A stretch of 64,000 bases of DNA, from the IMG/VR virus record IMGVR_UViG_3300022752_000016. One strand, given 5' to 3'. The first letter of the stretch is position 1; each line of letters opens with the position of its first letter. Positions 29,101 to 38,011 of this stretch are shown here, in pieces. A program made the position numbers and the translations under genes. The stretch comes from a virus (lineage: Duplodnaviria; Caudoviricetes). The notes under the pieces were generated by a model. That model did no database searches. It was not told where the DNA came from and saw only the letters and a list, made by a program, of their open reading frames with translations.

Positions 29101-29158
29101 TTACAAGCGTAAAAAAGGAGTTAAAGCAGGAGCCTCGGGTAGTTGTGAGAAGATATAA
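26099..29158 (+). CDS. 1019-aa modular polyprotein (putative head cargo) with ART/Tpt1-like and RyR-like modules
   Basis: Unrelated modules joined by GVAEG/DVAEA/xNE linkers; LYHAT..VYLS module; HKGW..NYSQLDNDEQEKDR module; CYYKVKSRYKVWPSAYASG module. Confidence 0.7.
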   Translation: MSSIIKGLVNEDEAAGMRWEEELMDAWAPYAAKHMAKVVKQAFNNLYPNVKLKVWAEAEGVSATTDPASVNVKADVFGQYGKKDWECNFFCGPLYNVEDDRKYLELMVEDAASGSYPGVWRIILSEWKKWASSQLKKTGADDVCFSVDEDMSGGAWGKVAGAVGIKFIARDLDEGVAEGSGPISKTKALNALRKELMNSYEYMKCGNLEEFKQRLQWLSEGMLKNHMTGGKTTAINQKEIELYKEYRKKREQIQQGFTSQGVAEGLTPSIIHKLADRKGIKWDNEPSFLKLTKRLTGKEHLDDLDQTELQKVKQHLEKQDVAEALNYDREPLYHATLKAFEPSIIKSGLLPGGNLRMFDWSDKKYVYLSNYPDIARDFVDPGVIEPSQEHEDQIFKLMKQGGVIFKIDQNKLDRKLLMSDPHFQSDADDGAETYVYSGIISPSAIIGKKYFRIDESVGVEMVLDKVNGMAESNRLYKYHQKLRKQAGLPDPQEYLRMQKQKLIELILLNDPNQELNVLELATIPELKEIYQMIKKVDEDNTYQFAAEKTPVISPYVGVKDNQFRGAIGEGIRSMFEEPNHSPTDAGYQEGGWRVMYKDEMNEDLRKWFKEKWVRFGPDGKIRGACARGDDSEGKPKCLPQSKAHSLGKKGRASAASRKRREDPNPERSGKAINVATKKKKSNEGSNMYEASDISGLLAASHLNKSFIITAITAEGQKKKFRVKAQNERVAKEKFLKHHSMAKILDIKEENMQEMQGSSNVTDLNIKQLATISDEALDKAYGYGRSTPGNSFGWQANLMSAAYAKKMIDAGITDIEKIADAIHKGWNVTAQKFVQNPDQFDDTEKLRQAGKLDAKLQQRAKLMKINYSQLDNDEQEKDRVVARALLKAIKGQQNVTEEKCPHCSGPMFEMSLMNEKKDACYYKVKSRYKVWPSAYASGALVKCRKKGAKNWGTKSESSIMKGLQSEGQIYSTGGGAGQAQRYYTPKDNLGEEQLDELKCWPGYKRKKGVKAGASGSCEKI
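26619..27071 (+). repeat. Three dispersed 18-nt direct repeats AAGGTGTGGCGGAAGGCT at module junctions
   Basis: Copies at 26619-26636 and 26877-26894 are identical; 27054-27071 matches 15/18. Confidence 0.9.
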
Positions 29159-29159
29159 T

Positions 29160-29570
29160 ATGAGAGCAAAAGAGTTTATTACCGAAACAATAGTAAAACC
29201 AGTAGATCCTATCACTAAAATTCAGCGTGATAAACCACGTCAACCACCAACACATTTAAGTAAATTAAAAAAGCCAAGTGAACCTGCTGCTAAAATAAGT
29301 TTTGCACATGAATTAGAAAAATACAAACGATTACCTGAGGGCAATGATGAAGAATTTCACACAGGTGGTAGTCCAGGAATTCCTTTCCCTACAACATATG
29401 AACAAGAATATAAACCATTTACGCAAAAAGGACAAAGAAGAATTACAGCAATGACTAATGAAGAACAAGTTGATGAAAAATGGAGTAATAAGTATAAGCG
29501 TAGTATAAATTGTAATAATCCAAAAGGGTTTAGTCAACGTGCTCACTGCCAAGGGAGGAAAAAGAAATGA
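29160..29570 (+). CDS. Putative internal head protein (CTS-like MRAKEFITE)
   Basis: ATG 29160; C-terminal KWSNKYKRSINCNNPKGFSQRAHC module. Confidence 0.65.
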   Translation: MRAKEFITETIVKPVDPITKIQRDKPRQPPTHLSKLKKPSEPAAKISFAHELEKYKRLPEGNDEEFHTGGSPGIPFPTTYEQEYKPFTQKGQRRITAMTNEEQVDEKWSNKYKRSINCNNPKGFSQRAHCQGRKKK

Positions 29571-29617
29571 TTGATTATAGTTTTTATTGGAATAGAAAAG
29601 GATATCCGAGGTAAATT

Positions 29618-30061
29618 ATGTTAACAGATTCATTAAAAGTTTTATTGGCAACAAGTTATGCTTTTGTAATTAAAGCACAAAATTTTCATTGGAACGTAGA
29701 GGGTCCAAATTTTCCTGAGTACCATAAGTTCTTGGGAGATTTATATGAAGAAGTGTACGAAAATAGTATTGACCAAACGGCTGAGTACGTTCGTGTACTT
29801 GGAGCTTATACTCCTGGCTCTATTAGTCGTTTCGCTGAATTAAGCCAAATACCAGATCAAACAAAAATTCCACGTGCAGAGTTAATGTTTGTAGAATTAC
29901 AGCAAGATAATCAAACAATTACTAATATGTGGAAAAAAGCATTTCATCTTGCAGAAGAAGCTGATGAACAAGGTATAGCAGATTTTATAGCAAGTAGAAT
30001 TGATGCACATGGAAAACATGGTTGGATGTTAAAAAGTATTTTGAAAAGGGAAAGAGCATGA
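29618..30061 (+). CDS. dps: Dps/ferritin-like protein
   Basis: QNFHWNVEGPNFPEYHKFLGDLYEE...DQTAEYVRVLG...KHGWML. Confidence 0.9.
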   Translation: MLTDSLKVLLATSYAFVIKAQNFHWNVEGPNFPEYHKFLGDLYEEVYENSIDQTAEYVRVLGAYTPGSISRFAELSQIPDQTKIPRAELMFVELQQDNQTITNMWKKAFHLAEEADEQGIADFIASRIDAHGKHGWMLKSILKRERA

Positions 30062-30477
30062 AATATTTTATGGATTATGTTAAGGCTAGTTACGAAGTCA
30101 TATTAATGGGCGAATGTAGAACTGGAATTAACTTAGACCATGAAATAGAAGCATATGTTGTACATACATATGCACGATATATGGAAAATCCTAATATACC
30201 TACTGATTCTATTGCTATACAATTTATGAATTCTTTATCATGTAATAATATTGAAAAAATTAAACGTTTAGAAAAAGTAGCAGAAGAGTCAATGTTAATA
30301 GATGCTTTAAAATTAAATAAAAAACGTTGGCCAACCAATACATATTTCTTAGAAATGGCACAACTTGCTTTAGAAACTAGAGCATTTACTACCAAACCAT
30401 ATGAATTATTTTATAATCAAGTTGCAAAACAATTACCAAATATAAGTAAAATATTAGGTAGTGTAAACAATATCTAA
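30058..30477 (+). CDS. Hypothetical protein
   Basis: ATG overlaps the dps stop. Confidence 0.7.
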   Translation: MKYFMDYVKASYEVILMGECRTGINLDHEIEAYVVHTYARYMENPNIPTDSIAIQFMNSLSCNNIEKIKRLEKVAEESMLIDALKLNKKRWPTNTYFLEMAQLALETRAFTTKPYELFYNQVAKQLPNISKILGSVNNI

Positions 30478-30500
30478 TGCAACCTATCTATCCAAAAAAA

Positions 30501-30508
30501 GATAAATA
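30501..30508 (+). promoter_or_regulatory. Candidate late promoter (GATAAATA)
   Basis: Immediately upstream of the MRATEFIFE gene. Confidence 0.5.
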
Positions 30509-30513
30509 TTTAA

Positions 30514-31209
30514 ATGAGAGCAACAGAATTTATTTTTGAAAGAAAAAGATCAAAAAGAAAATCTTTAAGAAAATACTTTTTTCCAGGCTTTTCTTATTAT
30601 GGTTTTTCAGGGTCAGGAGAAGACAGTGGAGGTGACGGAGGAGGTGAAAGCATTTATGAAACACCTGAATTAGAGTTAGCGAAACGTTTACCTAGTTTAT
30701 CCAAACATGATTATAATACAATTGATAAATTAATGCGTGAAATTAGTAAAAAACATAGTATTACTGGAAAAGCTTTACATAACTTGTTTGTAAAGAAATA
30801 TCATAAAACACCAGATGATTGGATAAAAAATAAATTAGATGAAACCAGTACCGATAATACTATCACTGATGATGTACAAAAATTTGGCCAATGGGCTAGT
30901 AAAATACTTAAATTACAGAATCCACCTGCAATTAAATTAAGTCAGGACACTGGAGAGGCACAAACTCATCATCATACAGGAAGACATGTGGATGGTGAAG
31001 ATAGTGTTTGGGTATATGTAAGAAATAGAAATTTAGTTGATATTCTTAGAACAGTATTTCATGAACTTGTACATGTAAGACAAGGTGAATTGGGTAAGAT
31101 TAAACCTGGTTCTAGTTATCCAGGTAGTCCAATTGAAGCCGAGGCCGATGTTTTAGCAGGGAAGTATATTAAAATATACGGTAAAGAAAACCCACATATT
31201 TTCCAATAA
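30514..31209 (+). CDS. Putative internal head protein with C-terminal zincin (HExxH) metallopeptidase-like module
   Basis: MRATEFIFE N-terminus; RTVFHELVHVRQ...EAEA. Confidence 0.7.
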   Translation: MRATEFIFERKRSKRKSLRKYFFPGFSYYGFSGSGEDSGGDGGGESIYETPELELAKRLPSLSKHDYNTIDKLMREISKKHSITGKALHNLFVKKYHKTPDDWIKNKLDETSTDNTITDDVQKFGQWASKILKLQNPPAIKLSQDTGEAQTHHHTGRHVDGEDSVWVYVRNRNLVDILRTVFHELVHVRQGELGKIKPGSSYPGSPIEAEADVLAGKYIKIYGKENPHIFQ

Positions 31210-31509
31210 TTAATTACTTTTTATTTCATCAAATGATTTAATAATTTCTAATTGAGAAGGATCATGTTTTTTATTATATGGAACAGGAAGTGATTGCCAT
31301 TCTTGCTCACTAATATCACAAGCTATAACCACCTGATACTTATGTCCATCACTTGTATATAGTTCAATAGTATCCAGTCCAATTACTGATTTACTTGTTT
31401 TTATTAATGCTTCACCTAAGGCTCTGAGTGCCTGTTTTTCTCCAACAATATATGCTCTACCATTTGGTTCTGCATGATTATGCATATGTAATCTTGATTT
31501 AACTTGCAT
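31210..31509 (-). CDS. Hypothetical protein
   Basis: 99-aa ORF coupled to the DnaE-like gene. Confidence 0.65.
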   Translation of the reverse strand: MQVKSRLHMHNHAEPNGRAYIVGEKQALRALGEALIKTSKSVIGLDTIELYTSDGHKYQVVIACDISEQEWQSLPVPYNKKHDPSQLEIIKSFDEIKSN

Positions 31510-33226
31510 TTAATAAATCTTTCAAACTTAGTCGTTTATGTTTCTTAACTGTAACATATTCTGTGTTGTTTTTGTAGCCTAATTTACCCACACCCCATAC
31601 TATTGGGTAATCATGTAAACTAACCGCTTTATCTAATATAACATCAATATAACGATTATTACCTGTTCCTAAGGTAACGAATGTAATATATTCTTTTGGT
31701 TTACTTTTAAATACACGATAATTGGCTACTAGTCCACAAAACTCTACCTCACCTGGTTTCCTCAACTCAGTACAAAAAGGTAAAAACTTTTTACTATGCC
31801 AATGACCCTGTGTCATTAATTCATTGATTTCATTGCCTTCGTACACACTTGTTATTGCCCCTGCCAATTTGGCCTCATGATGGTATACCCAACGGCTATA
31901 ACTACCTTGGCAATGTTTCAAAACAGCACGCCAAAACTTTTCAGGATTATGTGCTTTTTGATACGCAATTGCCCATATCAAACGTCCTAAATTAATCGCA
32001 TGTGCCCTACATAATCCAAAATTACTTAATTCTGTTAATGCATAAAAAACTTCTTCTTTGTTTTCATGGTTACCTATCAAATCCATAAACTCAAATATTT
32101 TTTCTTCATTACGTTTAGCAAAGGCACGACGCCACATATCTGCTTCATATTGGTTACAATCTAATAGTTTACTAATTAACATGATTGCATCATCTTCAAA
32201 CACAATAGTATTATCAAATGTGTCTTTGCTCCAATCACGGAAAAAACTGGCTTTGCGACGACCTTGTGTGGCAACTGGTCTAATTAATGCTGTAGCTAAT
32301 ACACAATCTTCACGTTTGGTTGGTTTTATAGCCCTAAATAATCTACGCATTGCAGGACTCTCTGCCTGTGTGACTCCCAAAACGTTACCGCTACGTAATA
32401 ACTCAGCAGTTTTTTCATCATATTCAGGATAGTCCAACAAGTTTTTTGTAGGGTCTATTTCATAGAGTTGAGATAGTCCTCGATTGGATAATATGTCAAT
32501 TTTAAAATGTTCTAAATCTTCAATTTCATATTTGTCTAATAGTATTTGGTTTTCTGCATTGATTAAACTTTTCGGGACAGCACGATCAAATATTAATATA
32601 CCACCACAATGTTTACTGATACAACGTTTTTTACCTAATAATTTATTAACCAAGCGTTTTGCTTCATCAGCAAATTCTGGTACAACTTTGTCTAAATCTA
32701 TATTTCTAGGTAATCTACCCTTCGCACCATATCGTTTTGCTGCCTCACGTATGGCACTTTTCTCTTTATATGTAACATAATTGCTTACCCGTGCTGATTG
32801 ACCTTTCCAATGATTAAAGATACGATTCATCACTGTTTCTTGTTGATAATGCGGGAAGTCTAAATCAATGTCTGGTAAATCATCACGTTTTGGGTTCATA
32901 AAACGTGCTAATGGTATTTTTTCTTTAATTGGATCAACATCACTAATACCAAGTAACCAACATAATAAACTACTTCCTGCACTACCACGAGTCATATGTG
33001 GTATATCTTTAGTTAATTCTAATATTTCTACTACACGTAAGAAGTGTTTTGCGAAACCTAATTTTGCTATGAGTTCTAGTTCTTCTTCTAACCTATTTTC
33101 GTATTCTATGTCGTTTGGTAAATTTCTTGTAAATTTCTTTATTAATATTTCTAGTTCTTTATATCTACTTTCCATATTTGTGCCTATTGTATGTGCCATA
33201 AGTTTTTTATTTATTTGGTAAAACAA
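31499..33226 (-). CDS. dnaE: DNA polymerase III alpha-like (DnaE) lacking the PHP domain; true start may be 33199 or 33175
   Basis: RGSAGSSLLCWLLG, PDIDLDF, HCGGILI, KIDIL, FGLCRAHA, C-terminal OB-like region. Confidence 0.85.
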   Translation of the reverse strand: MFYQINKKLMAHTIGTNMESRYKELEILIKKFTRNLPNDIEYENRLEEELELIAKLGFAKHFLRVVEILELTKDIPHMTRGSAGSSLLCWLLGISDVDPIKEKIPLARFMNPKRDDLPDIDLDFPHYQQETVMNRIFNHWKGQSARVSNYVTYKEKSAIREAAKRYGAKGRLPRNIDLDKVVPEFADEAKRLVNKLLGKKRCISKHCGGILIFDRAVPKSLINAENQILLDKYEIEDLEHFKIDILSNRGLSQLYEIDPTKNLLDYPEYDEKTAELLRSGNVLGVTQAESPAMRRLFRAIKPTKREDCVLATALIRPVATQGRRKASFFRDWSKDTFDNTIVFEDDAIMLISKLLDCNQYEADMWRRAFAKRNEEKIFEFMDLIGNHENKEEVFYALTELSNFGLCRAHAINLGRLIWAIAYQKAHNPEKFWRAVLKHCQGSYSRWVYHHEAKLAGAITSVYEGNEINELMTQGHWHSKKFLPFCTELRKPGEVEFCGLVANYRVFKSKPKEYITFVTLGTGNNRYIDVILDKAVSLHDYPIVWGVGKLGYKNNTEYVTVKKHKRLSLKDLLNAS

Positions 33227-33230
33227 CGAA

Positions 33231-33268
33231 CCAAAAGATTTGTAAAAACTACAGAAACAAAGTATAAT
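33231..33268 (+). promoter_or_regulatory. Sigma70-like promoter with upstream CCAAAA element
   Basis: CCAAAA-N3-TTGTAA-N17-TATAAT. Confidence 0.65.
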
Positions 33269-33292
33269 TACATAATACTATAAGGATATTTT

Positions 33293-33550
33293 ATGTCAAG
33301 AACTTTTACTGGTGAAGCAAAAAATAAATTAACCCAACTTATTAATGAAGGTTGTGCAGTGATGCATGAAATTGAAACATTGCAAGGTGGGCTTAGTGAT
33401 ACCATTAAAGCTGTAGCAGAAGAATTAGAAGTAAAACCAAGTGTGCTTAAAAAAGCTATTCGTATCGCTCATAAAGCTAATTTGGGTGCTGCAAATAAAG
33501 AACACGAAGAACTCAACGAAATTTTGGAAACGGTTGGAAAAACACTTTAA
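33293..33550 (+). CDS. dsDNA-binding protein (T4 DsbA/GapR-like)
   Basis: 85-aa helical protein; IKAVAEELEVKPSVLKKAIRIAHK. Confidence 0.6.
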   Translation: MSRTFTGEAKNKLTQLINEGCAVMHEIETLQGGLSDTIKAVAEELEVKPSVLKKAIRIAHKANLGAANKEHEELNEILETVGKTL

Positions 33551-34203
33551 TGAATTTTGAGTTTAAATTATTTCCTAATATTGGTTACATGATAATCAAA
33601 TTATCAGAACATGAATTACGTCCAATAAAAGAAGAAGTTAAAAAAATTAAAAACAATTTAAATAATTATCCAAAGTATAATAGTTCTTTAGCCGGTAATA
33701 TAGAGTATGAATACCAATTAAAACAATCGTTTGATTACTCTGAAAACTTATTCTTACCTTATGTGCAAAAATATATTGATTATTATAATATACTATACCA
33801 CTATCGCCATTATGGATCAGATCAATATATTAGACTTTATGATATTTGGGTAAATTTTCAGAAAAAATATGAATTTAACCCTATGCATGAACATTTTGGT
33901 ATATTATCGTTTGTTATTTGGATAAACGTGCCATATACTTTGGAAGATGAAATATATAATGGAATTTCAAAAATATCAGCAGCACCTAGTGCAGGATCTT
34001 TTGAATTTGTGTATGTTGATACCTTAGGTAGAACACAAACTATTGTATTACCTGTGGGGAAAGACTCAGAAAATACCATGATTTTATTCCCAAGTAACTT
34101 TATTCATCAAGTATATCCATTTTATAATTCTAATGGACTTAGAATAAGTGTGTCAGGTAATTTTGTTTTAGCTAAAGATCCATATGAAAAAGTTCGAAAA
34201 TGA
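33550..34203 (+). CDS. Putative 2OG-Fe(II) oxygenase
   Basis: FNPMHEH, LFPSNFIHQVYPF, RISVSGN. Confidence 0.75.
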   Translation: MNFEFKLFPNIGYMIIKLSEHELRPIKEEVKKIKNNLNNYPKYNSSLAGNIEYEYQLKQSFDYSENLFLPYVQKYIDYYNILYHYRHYGSDQYIRLYDIWVNFQKKYEFNPMHEHFGILSFVIWINVPYTLEDEIYNGISKISAAPSAGSFEFVYVDTLGRTQTIVLPVGKDSENTMILFPSNFIHQVYPFYNSNGLRISVSGNFVLAKDPYEKVRK

Positions 34204-34493
34204 ACAACGATATAATTTTAAACATATATTCTTGGGTAAAACAGGATTGGAAATCTAATCCTTTAAGATTTTTTATAGAATTATTGGCTTGGACTATAAG
34301 TATTGGTTGTGCCTTGATTATGGCACTAACTGTACCTAACCCTCCTCTTATGATATTATATCCATTGTGGATATTAGGATGTATACTGTATGCTTGGGCA
34401 TCATACTCAAGAAAATCATTTGGTATGTTGGGAAATTATTTGTTACTTACTTCAGTTGATATTATTGGATTAGCAAGGTTATTAATACAATGA
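34200..34493 (+). CDS. Small membrane protein
   Basis: Three hydrophobic segments. Confidence 0.7.
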   Translation: MNNDIILNIYSWVKQDWKSNPLRFFIELLAWTISIGCALIMALTVPNPPLMILYPLWILGCILYAWASYSRKSFGMLGNYLLLTSVDIIGLARLLIQ

Positions 34494-37198
34494 GTTATAT
34501 AGACGCCATACACGATAGAGATAGTGATAAAATTTATGTAGTAGAACGTACTACAGATGGCAAACGTACCTATAAAGAGTTTCCAGCTAATTATACATTT
34601 TACTATAGTGATCCTAAAGGTAAATATCGCAGCATATACGGAGATACTGTAGCCAAATTTAGCACAAGAAAACGTAGTGAGTTTGAAAAAGAACGACGGA
34701 TTCATGCAAATAAAAAATTATTTGAAAGTGATATTAACGTAGTTTATCGATGCCTTTCGGAAAACTATCTTAAAGTAGAAGCTCCAAAATTACACACTGT
34801 GTTTTTTGATATTGAAGTAGACTTTGATCCTGAAAAAGGATTTAGCCCAACAACTGATCCATTTAATCCTGTCACTGCAATTAGTTTGTATTTGGATTGG
34901 TTAGATCAGTTAGTTACCCTATGTATTCCACCAAAACATATGAGCCAAGAAACGGCCAATGATTTGACTAAACACATGAACAATACTATGCTATTTGATA
35001 ATGAAAAAGAAATGTTTGAAACATTCTTTCAACTTATTGAAGATGCAGATGTATTGACAGGTTGGAATAGTGAAGGATACGATATACCATATATGGTTAA
35101 TCGTGTAACACGTATAATGAGTAAGGATGATACCAGAAAATTCTGTTTACTTGGACAAACTCCTAAAATGCGTACATATGAACGATTTGGAAAAGATGAG
35201 CAAACTTATGATTTAGTTGGTCGTATTCATATGGATTATTTGCAGTTATATAAGAAGTATAACTATGAATCACGCCATAGTTATGCACTAGATTTTATTG
35301 GCGAAATGGAAGTAGGAGAAAACAAAACAAAATATGAAGGTACATTAGATCAATTGTACAACAAAGATTTTGTCACGTTTTTAGAATATAATCGCCAAGA
35401 TACAATGTTACTTGTTAAAATTCATAATAAACTTAAATTCTTAGATTTAGCCAATGCACTAGCGCATGAAAATACTGTATTGATTCCCACAGTAATGGGT
35501 AGTGTGGCTATGATTGAAATGGCTATTATGAATGAAGCACATGAACGTGGTTTAGTAGTACCTGATAAAAAACGAAAGGAACATAGTGATGAACAACAAG
35601 CAGCAGGTGCCTTTGTTGCTACGCCCAAAAGGGGTATACACGAATACGTCGGAGCGGTCGATATCAACAGTCTATACCCGTCAGCAATCCGCGCTCTTAA
35701 CATGGCGCCAGAAACCATTGTTGGACAAATCAGACAAACTCTTACAGACCAATACATGAAAGAAAAGGGCAATAAACTTGCCCGTGAAAAAAAATATTAT
35801 AAAGATGGTGATGATGATGTCACTGGAGCGATTCTATGGGAAGGATTATTTGGTAGTTTAGAATATACTGCTATAATGAATCGTGAACGTGGAACTATGC
35901 TTACACTAGATTATGAAGATGGACGAAGTGTAGAAATGAGTGCCTGTGAAATATGGAAACTTGTATTTGATAGTCATAAACCATATATTCTCAGCGCAAA
36001 TGGTACTATCTTTAGACATGACCAAGAAGGTGTGATCCCAGGATTATTAACACGTTGGTACAGTGATCGTAAAGTTATGCAGAAAAAATTAAAAGAAAGC
36101 ACAACTGATGAAGATAAAGAATACTGGGATAAAAGACAACTTGTTCGTAAGATTTTACTAAACTCAGCATATGGTGCATTGTTAAATGAACATTGTCGTT
36201 TTTATGATAAACGTATTGGTCAAAGTGTTACATTAACAGGTCGGCAAATCGTTAAGCATATGATGAGTACCATTAATGAAGTTATTACTGGTGAATACAA
36301 TCACGAAGGTTCAGCAATTGTATATGGTGATACTGACAGTTGCTATTTCAGTGCATACCCAATTCTAAAATCACAAATAGAAAATACGGAAGTAGACTGG
36401 AATAAAGACCTATGTATTCAATTATACGACAATATTGCTGAACAAGCGAATCAATCGTTTCCTAGTTTTATGGAACGTGCATTTCATTGTCCAAGAAAAA
36501 ATGGAGAAATTATTGTAGCTGGTCGTGAATTGATTGGTGATCGTAGCATTTTTATTACTAAAAAACGTTATGCAATTAATATTTACGATAAAGAAGGTAA
36601 GCGTAAAGACGTAAATGGGAAACAAGGTGATATCAAAGCAATGGGACTTGACTTAAAACGTGCAGATACTCCGAAATTCATACAAGAATTTTTAATGCAT
36701 ATTTTAGAAATGGTACTAGCTGGTAAACAAAAAGAAGATATCATAGAAAAAATTAAAACGTTTAAAAATATATTATCTGAGCGTGATAGTTGGTTGAAGG
36801 GTACACCTAAATCAGTAAACAAGCTTACATACTATGGTGAATTAGAAAAAAACAGTAAAACAGGCAAAGTAAACATGCCTGGACATGTTCGTGCTGCACT
36901 TAACTACAACTATCTACGTAAGGCTAATAGTGATAACTACAGCATGAAAATCGTAGATGGGATGAAAGTTGTGGTATGCAAATTAAAAAGTAATCCATTA
37001 GGGTTTACAAGTATTGCATATCCCACAGATGAGTTACGTTTGCCTAAATGGTTTTGTGAATTACCATTTGATGATATTGAGATGGAACGTGGTTTAGTAG
37101 ATGAAAAGATTGATAACCTATTAGGTGTGTTAAATTGGGACTTAAGACGTAGTACAGATACTACAACAACATTTGATGAGTTGTTTACATTTGGTTAA
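34490..37198 (+). CDS. Family B DNA polymerase (T4 gp43-like)
   Basis: Exo I FFDIE, DINSLYPS, KILLNSAYG, YGDTDS. Confidence 0.97.
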   Translation: MSYIDAIHDRDSDKIYVVERTTDGKRTYKEFPANYTFYYSDPKGKYRSIYGDTVAKFSTRKRSEFEKERRIHANKKLFESDINVVYRCLSENYLKVEAPKLHTVFFDIEVDFDPEKGFSPTTDPFNPVTAISLYLDWLDQLVTLCIPPKHMSQETANDLTKHMNNTMLFDNEKEMFETFFQLIEDADVLTGWNSEGYDIPYMVNRVTRIMSKDDTRKFCLLGQTPKMRTYERFGKDEQTYDLVGRIHMDYLQLYKKYNYESRHSYALDFIGEMEVGENKTKYEGTLDQLYNKDFVTFLEYNRQDTMLLVKIHNKLKFLDLANALAHENTVLIPTVMGSVAMIEMAIMNEAHERGLVVPDKKRKEHSDEQQAAGAFVATPKRGIHEYVGAVDINSLYPSAIRALNMAPETIVGQIRQTLTDQYMKEKGNKLAREKKYYKDGDDDVTGAILWEGLFGSLEYTAIMNRERGTMLTLDYEDGRSVEMSACEIWKLVFDSHKPYILSANGTIFRHDQEGVIPGLLTRWYSDRKVMQKKLKESTTDEDKEYWDKRQLVRKILLNSAYGALLNEHCRFYDKRIGQSVTLTGRQIVKHMMSTINEVITGEYNHEGSAIVYGDTDSCYFSAYPILKSQIENTEVDWNKDLCIQLYDNIAEQANQSFPSFMERAFHCPRKNGEIIVAGRELIGDRSIFITKKRYAINIYDKEGKRKDVNGKQGDIKAMGLDLKRADTPKFIQEFLMHILEMVLAGKQKEDIIEKIKTFKNILSERDSWLKGTPKSVNKLTYYGELEKNSKTGKVNMPGHVRAALNYNYLRKANSDNYSMKIVDGMKVVVCKLKSNPLGFTSIAYPTDELRLPKWFCELPFDDIEMERGLVDEKIDNLLGVLNWDLRRSTDTTTTFDELFTFG

Positions 37199-37206
37199 AT
37201 TGATAG

Positions 37207-37235
37207 TTGACTTGTGTAATAAAATCCATTATTAT
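37207..37235 (+). promoter_or_regulatory. Sigma70-like promoter
   Basis: TTGACT-N17-TATTAT upstream of the clamp gene. Confidence 0.5.
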
Positions 37236-37279
37236 ACACACTATAAATGCCTAAATATAATTTTAAATAAAGGGAAAAA

Positions 37280-38011
37280 ATGAAAGATTATTTGTTAGAT
37301 TTGATTCAACATACTTATGGGTTGGGTGTGATTGAGTTAGTAAAAATTACAGGAACGAAAAAGTCCACAGAACTAAATGCAATCGCTGAGGATAAATCAG
37401 TTATTATTTCTGGTACTTTTAATACTGCTCTACCAGAGTTTGTAGGCGTGTTTGGTATGCCTAACTTAGGTAAACTTAAAACTATTCTTAGTTTTGATGA
37501 TTATGATGATAAAGCTGTTATTTCTGTAACTACAAAAAATGAAGATGGTGTTGATGTACCTGCGTCTATTCACTTTGAAACAGGAGTAGGCGATTTTGTT
37601 AATGATTACAGATTAATGAGTAAAGTGTTAGTTGAAGATAAAGTAAAACACGTAACCTTTAAAGGAACTACATGGGATGTTGAATTCGACCCAACTATCG
37701 CAGGTATACAGCGCCTCAAGAAACAAGCGCAGGCGCATAATGAGGAGCCTTATTTCACCACGAAAACAGACAAGGGTGATCTTAAAATTTACTTTGGTGA
37801 CCATAGTACTCACAATGGCAATTTCGTATTTCATCCTAGTGTAAACGGAACATTAAGTAAAAGTTGGAAGTGGCCTGTTAAAGTGTTTATTGCTATAATG
37901 GATTTACCTGGTGATAAAACTGTTAGAATCAGTGATAAAGGTGCCACTGAAGTTACTGTTAATAGTGGAATGGCAAGTTATCGTTATCTTTTCCCTGCAC
38001 AAACAAAATGA
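37280..38011 (+). CDS. DNA polymerase sliding clamp (T4 gp45-like)
   Basis: 243-aa alpha/beta protein right after PolB; a clamp loader is present; FGMPNLGKLKTIL. Confidence 0.65.
   Translation: MKDYLLDLIQHTYGLGVIELVKITGTKKSTELNAIAEDKSVIISGTFNTALPEFVGVFGMPNLGKLKTILSFDDYDDKAVISVTTKNEDGVDVPASIHFETGVGDFVNDYRLMSKVLVEDKVKHVTFKGTTWDVEFDPTIAGIQRLKKQAQAHNEEPYFTTKTDKGDLKIYFGDHSTHNGNFVFHPSVNGTLSKSWKWPVKVFIAIMDLPGDKTVRISDKGATEVTVNSGMASYRYLFPAQTK

Noticed and set aside
11244-33226. Split DnaE joined by intein trans-splicing
   Set aside because: The two genes overlap in homology (both contain the RGS region) and neither shows intein terminal motifs
21573-34203. 2OG-Fe(II) oxygenases as TET/JBP base hydroxylases supplying the glycosyltransferases
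   Set aside because: The motifs look like generic phage 2OG oxygenases, there is no DNA methyltransferase nearby, and neither gene is in the modification cluster
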